Assembly (NCBI RefSeq): GCF_032191835.1
Contig: NC_083229.1
Location: 43,958,001-44,022,000 of the forward strand
Direction: 5' to 3'
Source of the DNA: Heteronotia binoei
Taxonomy: Eukaryota
DNA: 64,000 bases
Shown here: piece after piece, positions 13,223 to 25,200 of the stretch
Numbering within the stretch: the first letter of the stretch is position 1
Layout of the letters: each line of letters starts with the position of its first letter
Program-made: the position numbers and the translations under genes
Notes under the pieces: model-generated
Told to the model about the DNA's origin: nothing
What the model saw: the letters and a program-made list of their open reading frames with translations, nothing else
Database searches by the model: none

Positions 13223-14228
13223 TGGACTTGAAGCTAATTGTACTCATGATTCCATTAAATAGACCAAAAACAGCATTCTATCATGCAGCATCAAGGATGT
13301 GAATTGATCTCAAAATGAAAATGGTGTACCTAATACCTTACGATGCCATCCTTAGCAGAGTTACAGCCTTCTTAGTCCATTGAAGTTAAAGGGAGTAGGA
13401 AGGTATAACTCTGGCTAGGACTGTGATGCAACTTCTATAAGCCATCCTGCATCCTGGCTTGTACCCCCAACAGTATTTTAAATTCCTATTGACCCTTTGG
13501 GTTCTGTGTTGTTTCTCAGCTGGAAATAGGACCGGTGTTGCCCCTTTTTAAAAAATTAAGATCCACTCATAATGCTTAGTGCACATCTGAAGAAAGACCA
13601 TGCAGGAAATGAGTATAGCTTGGTGTAGTTGGGCTCCTGCTTCATTTTCAGCATAATGATTCATCTAGGCTTATGCATACCATTGCCTTCATATGAATAT
13701 TTGTTCTGGGGTTAATTCATATCCTTGGAAAAATTCTTGATGCATCAACCAAATATGCAACAGAAAGTATGCAGACTTGGAATCTTGCCTCTTCCAGGGG
13801 ACATTGGTCAGACAGCCTACACCAAAGAGATCGTTTGGTTGGTACATGATTAGCTTGGTAAGGGGGTGGCATTGCATGCAAGCTAGACTTGCCACTATTT
13901 TATAACTTTATGGAATGTTCATATTTATTTATTGTGCTTCATTTATTCCCCATCTTTATCTCTAGTTGTGACCCAAAGTGGCTTACGTTGTTCTCCTCTC
14001 TTTCATTTTATCTTTGCATCAGCCCTGTGAGACAAGTTAAGCTGACAGTATGAGTAGTTCAAGGTCACCCAGAAAACTTGCTTAGCAATAAGTGGGGTGC
14101 AGTGGACAACACGTTGCATTACAGTCAGAGATGCTCACATTCACGTCTCAATACAGTCCTGAAGCTTGCTGGGTGACCTTGCTCTAGGAACATACTTTCA
14201 TCCTAACCTAATTCAAAAGGTTGTTGTG

Positions 14229-15730
14229 CAATGTTCCCTCTAAGCTGAGTCTTTTTTTTTTAGACTCTGGTCGTTTTCGCACTTAGCGTTTGCTCCCCTT
14301 ATTCCGCGGCGCAATTATGTCCGGCTCATTTTCCTCGTTTTCGCACATGGACTCTTTGGCGGAGTCGCTTTCCATGAAGCCCCAGCTCAAATCGTTTTCC
14401 CACTGGCATCGACTTGAGTTCGATGCCCTGTCAATCATTTTTTTTTAAGCGCAAGTCTGGTTGCGTAACTACGTAACAACGTAACATCGAGCAGTCACAG
14501 CTGTTCATTCCCCTTCTTTTCGTGGACAAACCGCATCACGTGTGCTGCTTCTGCTTATGGATTGGCTGCAGCTGTAGTATCCTCCACAGCCCTTTATGTA
14601 TTAACAGAAGCATTCACAGTGGAGAATCCCAGCACTAGATTCCCCCCCCCCAACACAAATTCCGAAGTTGCAAAATATCGCAATAACGAAGAGAGAGAAA
14701 TCGAGGGGTTTGTGTGTGTGTGTGTGTGTGTGGCAGCTTCTTCCTTTCCCAGCCTCGCTCCCTCCCGGGTGGCGAAGCTGGGATTTCCTCCGCGCTCTTC
14801 CCCCTCCCCGGCTGGCGCTTGCAGCTGCAACGGGGACCTGACTGATTCCTGCTGCCAGAGCTCCCCCCCCCCGCCCCATTCTCTCCTTCCCCTTCTGTGG
14901 CGCGTGTGAAGAGTGAGCTCGCGTCTATTTTCTAACCGAGTGGAATGTAGCCAGGGAGGAGAATGCAGGACTCCAACTTCCCATTTTATACATGGCGATT
15001 TTGTGCAGGTCCAGAAATGCTGGTGGCACAGCTGAGGGAGGCATTGCCTTTTTAAAACACACACACATGAACGCTTTGGCCCGCGCCGGCACTAGATTCC
15101 CCCCCCCCAACAATGTATAATGTATAATGTATAATGCAATTCCGTAGTTGCAAGATAACGCAACAGCGGAAAAGCAACCTCACATACCCGCCGCTTTTTT
15201 CCCCCCTATTTGTTAATTTCAAAATATCGCTATTACGCAAGAAATATGAAGTTTTTTAAAAAATGGCCATGCGGGCACTTTTGGGAAGCGCCGCGAACGG
15301 CTGATGATTGGCCAAGGGGGTGGATGGGGTGGGAGGACGGAAAGGGAGAGGGTGACACCCACAAAGCAGTCGATCCAGCGTGGATGGATTTCCCACAGAA
15401 AACTCCGCGGAGTGGATCCGGAGGTTTTCAAAAACTCCGGAAGCATGTTGAAAAACATACTCCGGCGTGAAACCCTTGAAGCGCCGGAGCAAACCGCAGC
15501 ACCGGAGCAACAGGTGCGAAAACCAGGAAAAGATTCGGAGGTAAATGGGGTGCTACGCCGGAGTAAACGCTAGTGCGAAAACGCTCTCTGACTCACACGT
15601 TTTTGACTTGGCTCAGGAAGGATAGTCCCAGAGCATGCAGTAGCCAAATTGCTTGCTCATATCTTTAAAACCAGTAGCTCATGAAGTAGAATTTTTGTTC
15701 ACAAGATTCCACAGCTTAGAGGGAGCACTG
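14229..15730. mobile_element. hAT MITE (CA(A/G)TGTTCCCTCTAAG TIR) interrupted by the Harbinger-like element
   Basis: Ends match the uninterrupted copy at 58155-58346. Confidence 0.75.
14269..15586. mobile_element. CpG-rich non-autonomous DNA transposon, PIF/Harbinger-like
   Basis: TIRs GGTCGTTTTCGCACTTAGCGTTTGCTCC and (reverse complement) GAGCGTTTTCGCACTAGCGTTTACTCC; 3-bp TSD TCT (CTG also possible); no transposase ORF. Confidence 0.75.
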
Positions 15731-15769
15731 GAGGATAGAATGGGGGAGCACTGTATCTGGTGTGCATGG

Positions 15770-16180
15770 GGTGGAGAGAGTTGACAAAGAGACATTTTTC
15801 TCCCTCTCCCAAAAGACTAGGACTCAAGGGCATCCATTGAAGCTGAGGGCAGTGGGTTCAGGATGGACAAAAGGAAATACTACTTTACACAGACAGTGAG
15901 TGAAATGTGGAATTCACGGCCAGAAAATGTACTGATGGCCATAGGAATAGACAGGTTTAAAAGGGGATTAGATAAATTCATGGACAATAAGTTATCAAAG
16001 GTTCACCCATGATGGCTGAGGGGAGACTCCACATTCAGAGGCAGTAAACTTCTAAATCCCAGAGACCTTTGTCTTCTATGCTCTGTTGCTGGCCATCCAG
16101 AGAAACAAGTCGGCCAGAGTGAGACAGGATGTTGGACTAGATGGACTCTTGGTCTCATCCAGCAGGATTCTTCTTATGAC
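15770..16180 (+). mobile_element. CR1 LINE 3' fragment
   Basis: CTAGGACTCAAGGGCATCCATTGAAGCTG...AGGGGATTAGATAAATTCATGGA...TTCTTATG tail. Confidence 0.85.
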
Positions 16181-16291
16181 ACAGTGAACTTAGATGATGG
16201 ACATATTCTCACAAAATCTTAATTTTGAACCCCTTCTTTGTCTGTGGGCATGACCATATTGTGGGTTGCTATGGTGGAAGACCTCCTTAGG

Positions 16292-16471
16292 CAGGCCTTT
16301 TTTGGAACAGGAACTTCTTTACATATTAGGCCACATACCCCTGATGTAGCCAATCCTCCAAGAGCTTACAGGGCTCTTAGTACAGCGCCTACTGTAAGCT
16401 CCAGGATGATTGGCTACATCAGGGGTGTGTGGTTTAATATGCAAAGGAGTTCCTGCTATAAAAAAGCCCTG
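16292..16471. mobile_element. Palindromic hAT MITE, same family
   Basis: Same arms; TSD TCCTTAGG / CCCTAAGG. Confidence 0.85.
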
Positions 16472-18284
16472 CCCTAAGGGAACCGTTGCTGTTTGCTGCG
16501 CCTATGAGCAGTGGCAGCAGAATGTTGTTTTTTAAAGCTAGAGTTGTGTGTGCCATGATGTCACTTTTAGGGAAGATCCATAAGTGACATCCTGTCAATC
16601 TAGGAATTGTCAGAAATGCTCTAGTTTTACCAGACCCCAACCCTCCATTTTCTCCCACTGGTTGATGTCTTTGGGCTGGTAGCCCTACAGCCAATCTTTA
16701 TATAGGATTCCAAGGAGGTCTGCTGTTCAAGTATTGAGCAGAACCATATCCTGTTAGCTTCTTCAAAAGGGTCACCAAGTGGTCCTGTCCCTTTGATAGA
16801 GGTTTAATATATAGAAATGGGCAACTGAAGCTTTTTCTGGCATGAAGCCAAATAACACCACCTGCTCATTTCTGCAGATCAAATTGATAGTAACGGATTG
16901 TGTGGACAGATGTTTAAAAGTTGGCAAATCTTTCCCTCAGTGTTCTATATTCTGTGCCCTTCACCTCTATCCTGATACCCCTGACCCAAGTTACCAACTT
17001 CCCCATAGGCCCTGGTATTCTTCCAGGATTACAACTGATCTCCTGACCGCAGCAATAATTTTCCCTGGAGAAAATGGCAGCTTCAGAGGGTGGGATCTGT
17101 GACATCACACATACAGCCGGGATCTGCTGTCTCTTTCCATAGTCTGCCCCACCAAGCACTGCCCACAGATCTCCAGGAATTTCCCAAGCCAGATTGAAAA
17201 AAGAAAATAGCCACTATCAGCACAGATAGGGTTGCCAGTCTCCAGGTGATGGCTGCAGATCTCCAAGAATTACAACTGGTCTCCAGGTAAAAGAAATTAA
17301 TTCCCCTAGAGAAAATGGCCACTTTGGAAAGTGGATTCTTTGGTATTATACCTTACTGGGAACTCTCCACTGCCCAGACCCTGTCCTTTCCAGGCTGTAC
17401 CCTTATCTCCAGGAATTTCACAATCCAAAGCTGGTAACCCTAGCACAACAATGGTGCCAGTGGACCATTAGAAAGGACCCCTCACAAACAGAAGCTGCCA
17501 CTGTCTTGCTTCTATCATCACTGCTTATCACCAGCTTTCTTTCCCAGCCTTGCTTAATGTTATAGACGCTGGTGTTGAACCCTGTGGTGATGTTTATGGC
17601 TCCTCAGGCTCATAAACAGCAAAGTGCAAAAACAATCCCGCTGACTTTGCAGCAGGGAATCTAGAAAATAATTAGCTCTAATAGCCCCTGTCCAGACACT
17701 TTATACTGCTGTGTTAAAGAACAAACTCTAACAGAAAAAACACACACTTGTGCTTGAGCTAAAGGATGGGTATTCTGACCTGTCCGCTCCCTCCTTTACC
17801 CAGCAGAGTGCCTTGCACTCCAAGAGAAGCAATTACAAATCCTTTGTTGCATGATTTTATTTCCTCTCTTCATTTTTTAAAGCCTTGTACTATGATTGTA
17901 GAAGCTCTGTTTCTAGAATTTAATTACAGAAGAAACCCCATTATGTGGCCCTCTGCACAAAGTATTGGCTGAGTCCAGGAAGATCTTGTTCCTGTCCATG
18001 CTCAGGGATCATCTCCCAGAATGACCCTAGGCACGTCATTATGTTGGCCTCAGTTCTCCATCCATAAAATGAGGATGTTAATGACCATCCTGGCATTGAG
18101 AGCCCATGTGTGGTAGTGTCAGATAATGTGTGGTAATATCTGGGAGAGCCAGCTTCAAATGCTCACTTTGATATGAAGTTTTCTTGTTGACCCTGGGCAA
18201 ATCACACTTTCATCCTTACATGGCTGTTGTGAGGATAAAATGGAGGAAGAGAAAACTGAGTCCTCTGTCTCAAACTCCTTAGAG

Positions 18285-18899
18285 CAGGGTTTCCTAAACT
18301 TTTATTTCCCATGGCCCGGTTATTTCTACACTTCTCCTTTGTGACCCACTAAAATTTGGGGGTGGAGCCAGGAGACTTTGGGGGTGGAGCCGGGAGACAG
18401 GAATTATGTCATTTCCTGTGGTGTCAAGGGTCAAGTGATGTCACTTCTGGGGCACACTGAACCAAAACTCTATCTTTTCCTGTGATGTCACTTCCAGAAT
18501 GTCCACCAGTGGGGCCAGGGCACTAGTAGCCCTCCCACTGTTGCTTCCCCCCCTCCCAGCACCAAGAATACAGACNNNNNNNNNNNNNNNNNNNNNNNNN
18601 NNNNNNNNNNNNNNNNNNNNNNNNNNNNNNNNNNNNNNNNNNNNNNNNNNNNNNNNNNNNNNNNNNNNNNNNNNNNNNNNNNNNNNNNNNNNNNNNNNNN
18701 NNNNNNNNNNNNNAAAGCCTTCCTCGCCATCAGATGACCTCAGCCAGCAATAATTCTGCCAGGGGTCATTTGGTAAAAAAAAAAATATGCCCACTCCTCG
18801 CTTTGCTGGGGGCGAGGCTAGCTTTGGTTTTTTTGTGACCTGGTAGTGAGGCTTCTGTGGCCTGGTGCCAGGTCACGACCCTGCAGATGGGAAACACTG
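18285..18899. mobile_element. hAT non-autonomous element spanning the N gap
   Basis: CAGGGTTTCCT...GGGAAACACTG ends; exact 8-bp TSD CCTTAGAG. Confidence 0.85.
18576..18713. other. Assembly gap (138 N)
   Basis: Run of N. Confidence 1.
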
Positions 18900-21759
18900 C
18901 CTTAGAGGAAGGGTGTCATAAAAATGTGATCAATCATTTGTGGTACAACTATGATTTTGCAAAGCATTTAATGTTTTTATTCACATTCAATATGAGATGT
19001 CAACTTAAGCAGCAGCAATAGAGAACCTGTTTATTAGGAATGCCCAAGTAGTAATGAACAACTTCTGAGTCCCACAGAACTAATCATCAAGCTCTCTGTG
19101 CATCTTCTAAGATGATAGCAAAGATCATCGTGGCCAGAAGATCGTCAAAGAGAGGGGAAGCAGAAAAACCTGCTTCAGGGCACAACAGAAAAAGCCTGAA
19201 GTCTGTAGTCTTGAAATGGAGAACATGAGTTGTTGCAGGTTTAATTAGATGGAATGGTGCAGGCTTCTGGAATGTGTGTGTGGAAAGTGCCAATCAAGTC
19301 ATAGCCAAATTATGGCAACCCTGTAGAGTTTTCAAAACAGAGGTGGCTTGCCATTGCTTTCCTCTGCTTAGTGACAGGGAATTCCTTGGTGGTTTCCCTG
19401 CTTAACATTCAAGATCTGATGAGATCAGGCTAGCCTGGGCTATCCAGGTTGGAGTAGATACTGGAATAGGGAAGCAAAAATAGCCATTCTCTCTTTGAAA
19501 AGACAGAAGCCTGCAATCAACCAGATCCTTTCTCAGCTCTGATCTGAATGTAAGGCTTAGAGCAGAAGGAAATGCAGTTGCCCTTATTAATGAAGCTGAA
19601 GATTAATTTTCGGTGATACATGAAGCCACTAGTCAATCAACTTGGTTGCAGCCTCTAGTGGTTGTGGGCCATGGCACCTCTGGAAGCAAAGTCCCATTAG
19701 GTGATCTCTCTCCAGTTTATATTCCCTTTCTTGGATGGCTAATTTTGGTATTTCTGAAAATAGAAAAGAATTAGAACACTTTCTGGTAAATCAAGGCTCA
19801 GATAAAAGTGTGAGTTATTTATGATTGCCCCTAAAATAGAATTTTTGGAAACAGATTGCACTTACTTTAAAATAAATAAACTGTGTGTGCATCCTCTAGG
19901 ATCACAGCAAAGATCATCATGGTCAGGGTTCTGTTTCATGCCAGAAATGGCCTTGTGCAGGAAAAGCTGTTTTCTAGTGCTATCTGAATGATAGCCACTT
20001 CACTCTTTCATTACAACTAGATTAACTACATCATGAATTCAAACATTCAAGGACAGTTTATAAAGCCTGAAGAAATCCATCTTAATGTGGGTTGGCTGCT
20101 GGTGCTTCTGCAAGATGGGAAGAGCCAGTTTGATTCCTTCACTTCCTCAGTGCTTAATTTTGAGAGAGAACCATGCTAAGGCTCATGTCAAGCACAGCGC
20201 TCTTACTGGGACCCCCAAACTGCAACAGGTGATTTAGTGGGAGTGGTTAGAGTATATGACTAAGATCCAGGAGAACCAAATCAGAATCTCCATGGTGCAC
20301 TGGAGACTTGGTAGGGGACCTTGGACTACTCAATGTCTTCCAGTCTCACCTACATTATAGGGTTGTTATTATGAGGATAATATGAAGGAGGAGATACAAA
20401 TGGGATATAAATAAATTTATTTTAGTTTTTAATAAGGACAAGGGTTGGGGATTGAGGGTTCTAAAGCTTTATGTATTGCATGTCATAAATAAGACCCGTC
20501 CCTCCTTCATGACTCAAGAGATTGTATTCATGGCAGGGACAAGTTTGTGCCAAACTAAGAAAAATTAAGGCTGGGCACAGATTTTATTCTAGAGGTTCGT
20601 AGAGGATACAATAGTCAGTGAAATATACCATACTTGGCACCAACTCAGAGACATTGATTGTTGTATTGTCTCATACTTTGTATTGACCAGTTCTAAAGCC
20701 TTACTTTTGAAAATAGACACTGAGACTAAGTTCTGACACTGAACACCCCCCCTTCCTCCATTCCAAGGGTTAATCTCTTTGTGACATGTGTTAGGTATTT
20801 CTGTGGCTAGCCTCACCAGTCTCAAGAACTTGGAGAAAGTAAGAATATTTTAGTGGCTAGCTGTTATAAAAAGTCCTGTTTTCTGTTTATTGCACACAGT
20901 TGATCAACTGATATGTTGCCTGGACGAGGGAAGTTATTTCATAGTTTGTTGTATTCAAAATTGTGTCCCAAGGAAAATATTTTGGCTAGATGATCTTTAG
21001 GTCCACCCTAGTCCTAAGAATTATAGGCCCACCCTAGGCTCAGGGCAAAAACAAAACTGTATATGTGTCCTCGTTTGAAAACAGCACAAATGCCTGGTCA
21101 AATATAAAATAGCTTCCCAAGGGAATATAAACAGCCATAACAATAGTAAGTAGGACATCGCTTGTCTGTCAGAATACCACCCAGGCAAGAAAAGAAATGT
21201 AGCAGTTGTGTTTGCGATTGGATTTCATCGGTTGGATCAGTAAATTCAACTTGAAATTCAGTCCCTGCTTGAGAAATTGAGTGTGTTTTTATGCTTCCAG
21301 TAACAGTTGAAGCCTGAAGCAACCTTAACTAGGGACATCATTTATATAGCTGTTGTAAGGCATATTTACTGGCTGTGGCTAACTAGGTTTTCATGTGGGG
21401 AGGTCAGCTCTGATGACCTAAGCCACTCAAATGAGCAGAATGCTCTGCTGGGAATTATGTGAGTGGCTTCCAAGACAGATCTTGCTTGGCTTCAGCCTGG
21501 AGGATATCAACTGCTCTCCTAAAGCCTGTTTTTGCTGGACTAGCTTAATCACTTGGGCTCCTGATAATTACTTCCTTCCCCACATGGAGCAACCTCAAAA
21601 AAAGGATATGGAACATGTGCATGGTGCAGCCAATATCTTTGGGCCTAGTCACATGTGACCTTTCCCATATTATACGCATTGATAGGTGTCATGATAGAGG
21701 AATGCACGACTCCTACATTATCACACAAGAGGTACTAGTCCCCATATAGATCATCCTGT

Positions 21760-21990
21760 TTCCTGGGAATGAGGCATGTTGTTGGAACTCTCTGTCTGGG
21801 CCAAGTGATGCTCTGTATTCTTGGTGCTTGGGAGGGGCAACAGTGTGAGGACTTCTAGTGTCCTGGCCCCACTGATGGACCTCCTGATGGCGCCTGGTTT
21901 TTTGGCCACTGCATGACACAGAGTGTTGGACAGGATGGGCCATTGGCCTGATCCAACATGGCTTCTCTAATGTTCTTATGTTCTCTTAGG
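21760..21990 (+). mobile_element. CR1 3'UTR fragment
   Basis: Reverse complement of the 12379-12560 UTR; ATGTTCTTATGTTC tail. Confidence 0.8.
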
Positions 21991-22107
21991 CTCATAAACT
22001 CCTAGGATCTGGAGCTAAAGGAAGATAGGTTCTCTTTATGGAGACAAAAGGGCAGGATATGGCCATTTGTCCACTTGCCAGAAAGAAGTTATATAGATTG
22101 TTGTTGT

Positions 22108-22289
22108 CAGGGCTTTTTTTGTAGCAGGAACTCTTTTGCGTATTGGGTCACACACCCCTGATGTAGCCAATCCTCCTGGAGCTTACAGTAGGTCATGTGC
22201 TGAGAGCCCTGTAAGCTCTCAGAGGTTTGGCTGCATCAGGGGTGTGTGGCCCAATATGCAAAGGAGTTCCTGCTACAAAAAAACCCCTG
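22108..22289. mobile_element. Palindromic hAT MITE (CAGGG...CCCTG)
   Basis: Near-perfect internal inverted repeat; exact 8-bp TSD GTTGTTGT. Confidence 0.9.
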
Positions 22290-25200
22290 GTTGTTGTGGA
22301 TATCTTATGTTGGGGCAATAAAAGCTGACATGTGCCTTGTTATATTGAGGAAAGGTGCAGAACCGCACATGTGAGAACTCAAATCCAATTTCAGGCCAGG
22401 TCAATGTGAAACCTACCCAGTTAGGGTTGCCAGGTTTGTATTGGAAAATACCTGGAGACTTTGGGGGTGGATCTGGGAGACGGAGGGGATTGGGGAGGGG
22501 AGGGGCCTCAACAAGGTACGATGCCATGGAGTCCACCATTCAAAGCAGCCATTTTCTCTAGGGGAGCTGATCTCTGCCAGCTGGAGATCAGTTGTAAAAG
22601 CAGGGGATCTCCAGCCCCCACCTGGAGGTTTGACAATGAAAATGAGACTCATGGATGGAGGTGGAAGGCAAAAGAAGCAATGCTTCCATGTAAAATGTCC
22701 AAACAATACTATTGAAGAAATCACTACCAATAACGATCACTTAGAAAATTAACTTAAATTCCTTAAAAGTACATAACAAAGCATACACTTCTGAAGGACA
22801 GAATAAATTATTACATTTAAACAGGGAGGCGGAACAATCAATTCCCAAAACCTAACAGTTCAACAGGTAAGTTCATTTTTCTTTCTTTTTAAGGTTGACT
22901 GTCCAATCCTCCTGTGGTGTAGATACTGAAAGGACAGACCTCAGGATGCAAGGAGAATAGCAAGCTGCAGTCCAAAGAGGTTCTTTGATGTGCAGTGATA
23001 TTTTAATCCTTTTACAAGATGAATAGGCTCTCCCAGGACTTTTGAACCTCGTTTTCACCCGAAGGGCTTTTTCCAAGCAAAACAATAGAATACATATCAA
23101 GAATGCCCATTAAGATATTGTTTTTCTGGCAAATGTGTCATACTGGCCTGACGGTACATTTTGCCCTATATCAGGAACACCCTGCTTCCCAGCTGTGCAC
23201 ACCTTGGATCTTCCACATACACTCCTGCTTTGTTGAGTTCTCTTCTCTCTTGAAATGCTAGCCATTTTGCTGCTTCTGCAGACTGCTTTAACATTGGTAA
23301 TTCTCACTTTCTCTGAAATTGCTTTCCCCCTCCCCTTCCTGTGTTTCTCTTAGCTAGCTCTTGTATTTGTGTTTATTGTGTATATTTGTTTTATTCTTTT
23401 TCTGTTTCTTAATAAAAACCTTTCTGGTTGAACATCTGCCTGATTTATTTTGTGAGCTCTCTTAAGGGGAAAATCCCCATATGCATAGATGGAGAATCCC
23501 AGTTACCCCCTTCCCTGTCTCCTTAAAGCTAATTCCCCCAACTAATTAGGAGAGTGCCTCTTTGGGTAACAAGACAGTTTGAGGAGTGTCTGCTACCAGG
23601 GTAAGCAGGGCTTTTTTTGTAGAAAAAGCCCATCAGGGATTTATTTGCATATTAGGCCACACCTTCTGAGAGTGTCATCATTCTGAAAGTGTCATCATTC
23701 TGCCATGCCTACCTTACCACATCACAAGAAGTGACATCAGTTAGGCCACACCCTCTAACACTTACTCAAAGGCTGGGGTGGCCAAACTGTGGATCAGGAG
23801 CTACATGTGGCTCTTAAAGCCCCCACCGCCCCAGCAGCCAGTTTGGAGAAGGCATTTGTCTCTTTAAATCACTTCTCCAAGCCAACCAGCAGCTTGGAGA
23901 ATGCATTTAAAGTTGCTTTATTTCCACTCCTCCCTCCCCATCTTTCTTCCTTCCTTCCAGCACCATTTCTGCTGCCTGGTACGAGACAAGTAAACTCTTG
24001 GAAATCAAAAAGGACAACCCTCAGCTCAGTATTTTCTAGAACAAGGACAGAAACCCCATCCTCTGTTGCATCTGGCTACCTTACTCAATATGCAGTACCC
24101 AATACTGGAAACTGAACTCCTGACTTTGGGAAGTGCCATATTAAAAGTAATGTATGAGTGAGAATCTCATAACTTAAATGTTCAGAATGCTGTTAGTTTC
24201 TGGGATCTCTGTGTGAGATGGATTGTTTAAATTGAATGTACAAAAATCATAAATGTTGATAATTGACAGCATTTTGTTCTGGAGCTGTTCCTGCTCTCAT
24301 TCCCCTCCCCCCCCACACACACACCAAGGCAGCTACTGTAAAACTTAGGCTTATGACATAGATAATGAGAACAGAAAAACTTGTAATCTCATGAAGTCTT
24401 TTGAGGAAAAACGGGAGTGCCGGGATTCCTGCCAAGATGACCCAATTAACCTCATCCAGAAGCACCTATGCTGATAACCTCAATGTGAAACGCAAACATC
24501 AAACATCTAATGTGGTACACAGTTCATCACACTTCCCCCAACACCTTTAGATTAGAGTTTGCAAAACTAGTGATGCATACACAGATCTTTTTTTCACATC
24601 AGCTCTGCTGTGTCGACTGTATTATAAATGACCCTTTTCCAGAAATCAGTCCAAGCCTCCAGCAAAATCATAATTTGAACCTAGCTCTTAATCAGATTGC
24701 GAGTTGCCTCCCAAGTATAAATAATAGCAATATCTGACACAAATTAATATTCCTTTTACATTGAACTCTTTTTTCCCAGTTAAAATAGCTGGCATTTGTT
24801 ACTTTGTAGTGAGCTGCAACTGTTTACCAAAGTTATAATAACACAGATATACTGAAACCTTAGAAATGGCTTAAAATGATTAGCTAGGCAGATATTTGTG
24901 GCTTCCTGCACTAAATGGTCTGCAAGTTAAATGGCACTAAAAATAGGTACTGATACCTATTTCTAAAAGTCAACAATTTCTGCTCTGAAAAAAAATCAAC
25001 ATTGTGATGATGTGTGCCATCATTGCTGTCCTGCTATTTCACTTCCCAAATCATTGTCTCTGTTTGCATGCAAAAGACTTTCCCTCACTCCCTCTGCCAG
25101 CCTTCCCCAAGTCAACATGAAGCAAAGTAAACTGAAGCTCTTTCATTTACACTTCATCCATAATATAAAAAGTTCTTGAATCAAAATTAGCACCCATGGC

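Noticed and set aside
14562-15573. Cluster of 80-156-aa ORFs
   Set aside because: Low-complexity products of a GC-rich non-autonomous transposon; no transposase or Myb motifs.
18441-18794. ORFs of 80-117 aa
   Set aside because: Artefacts of reading through the N gap.
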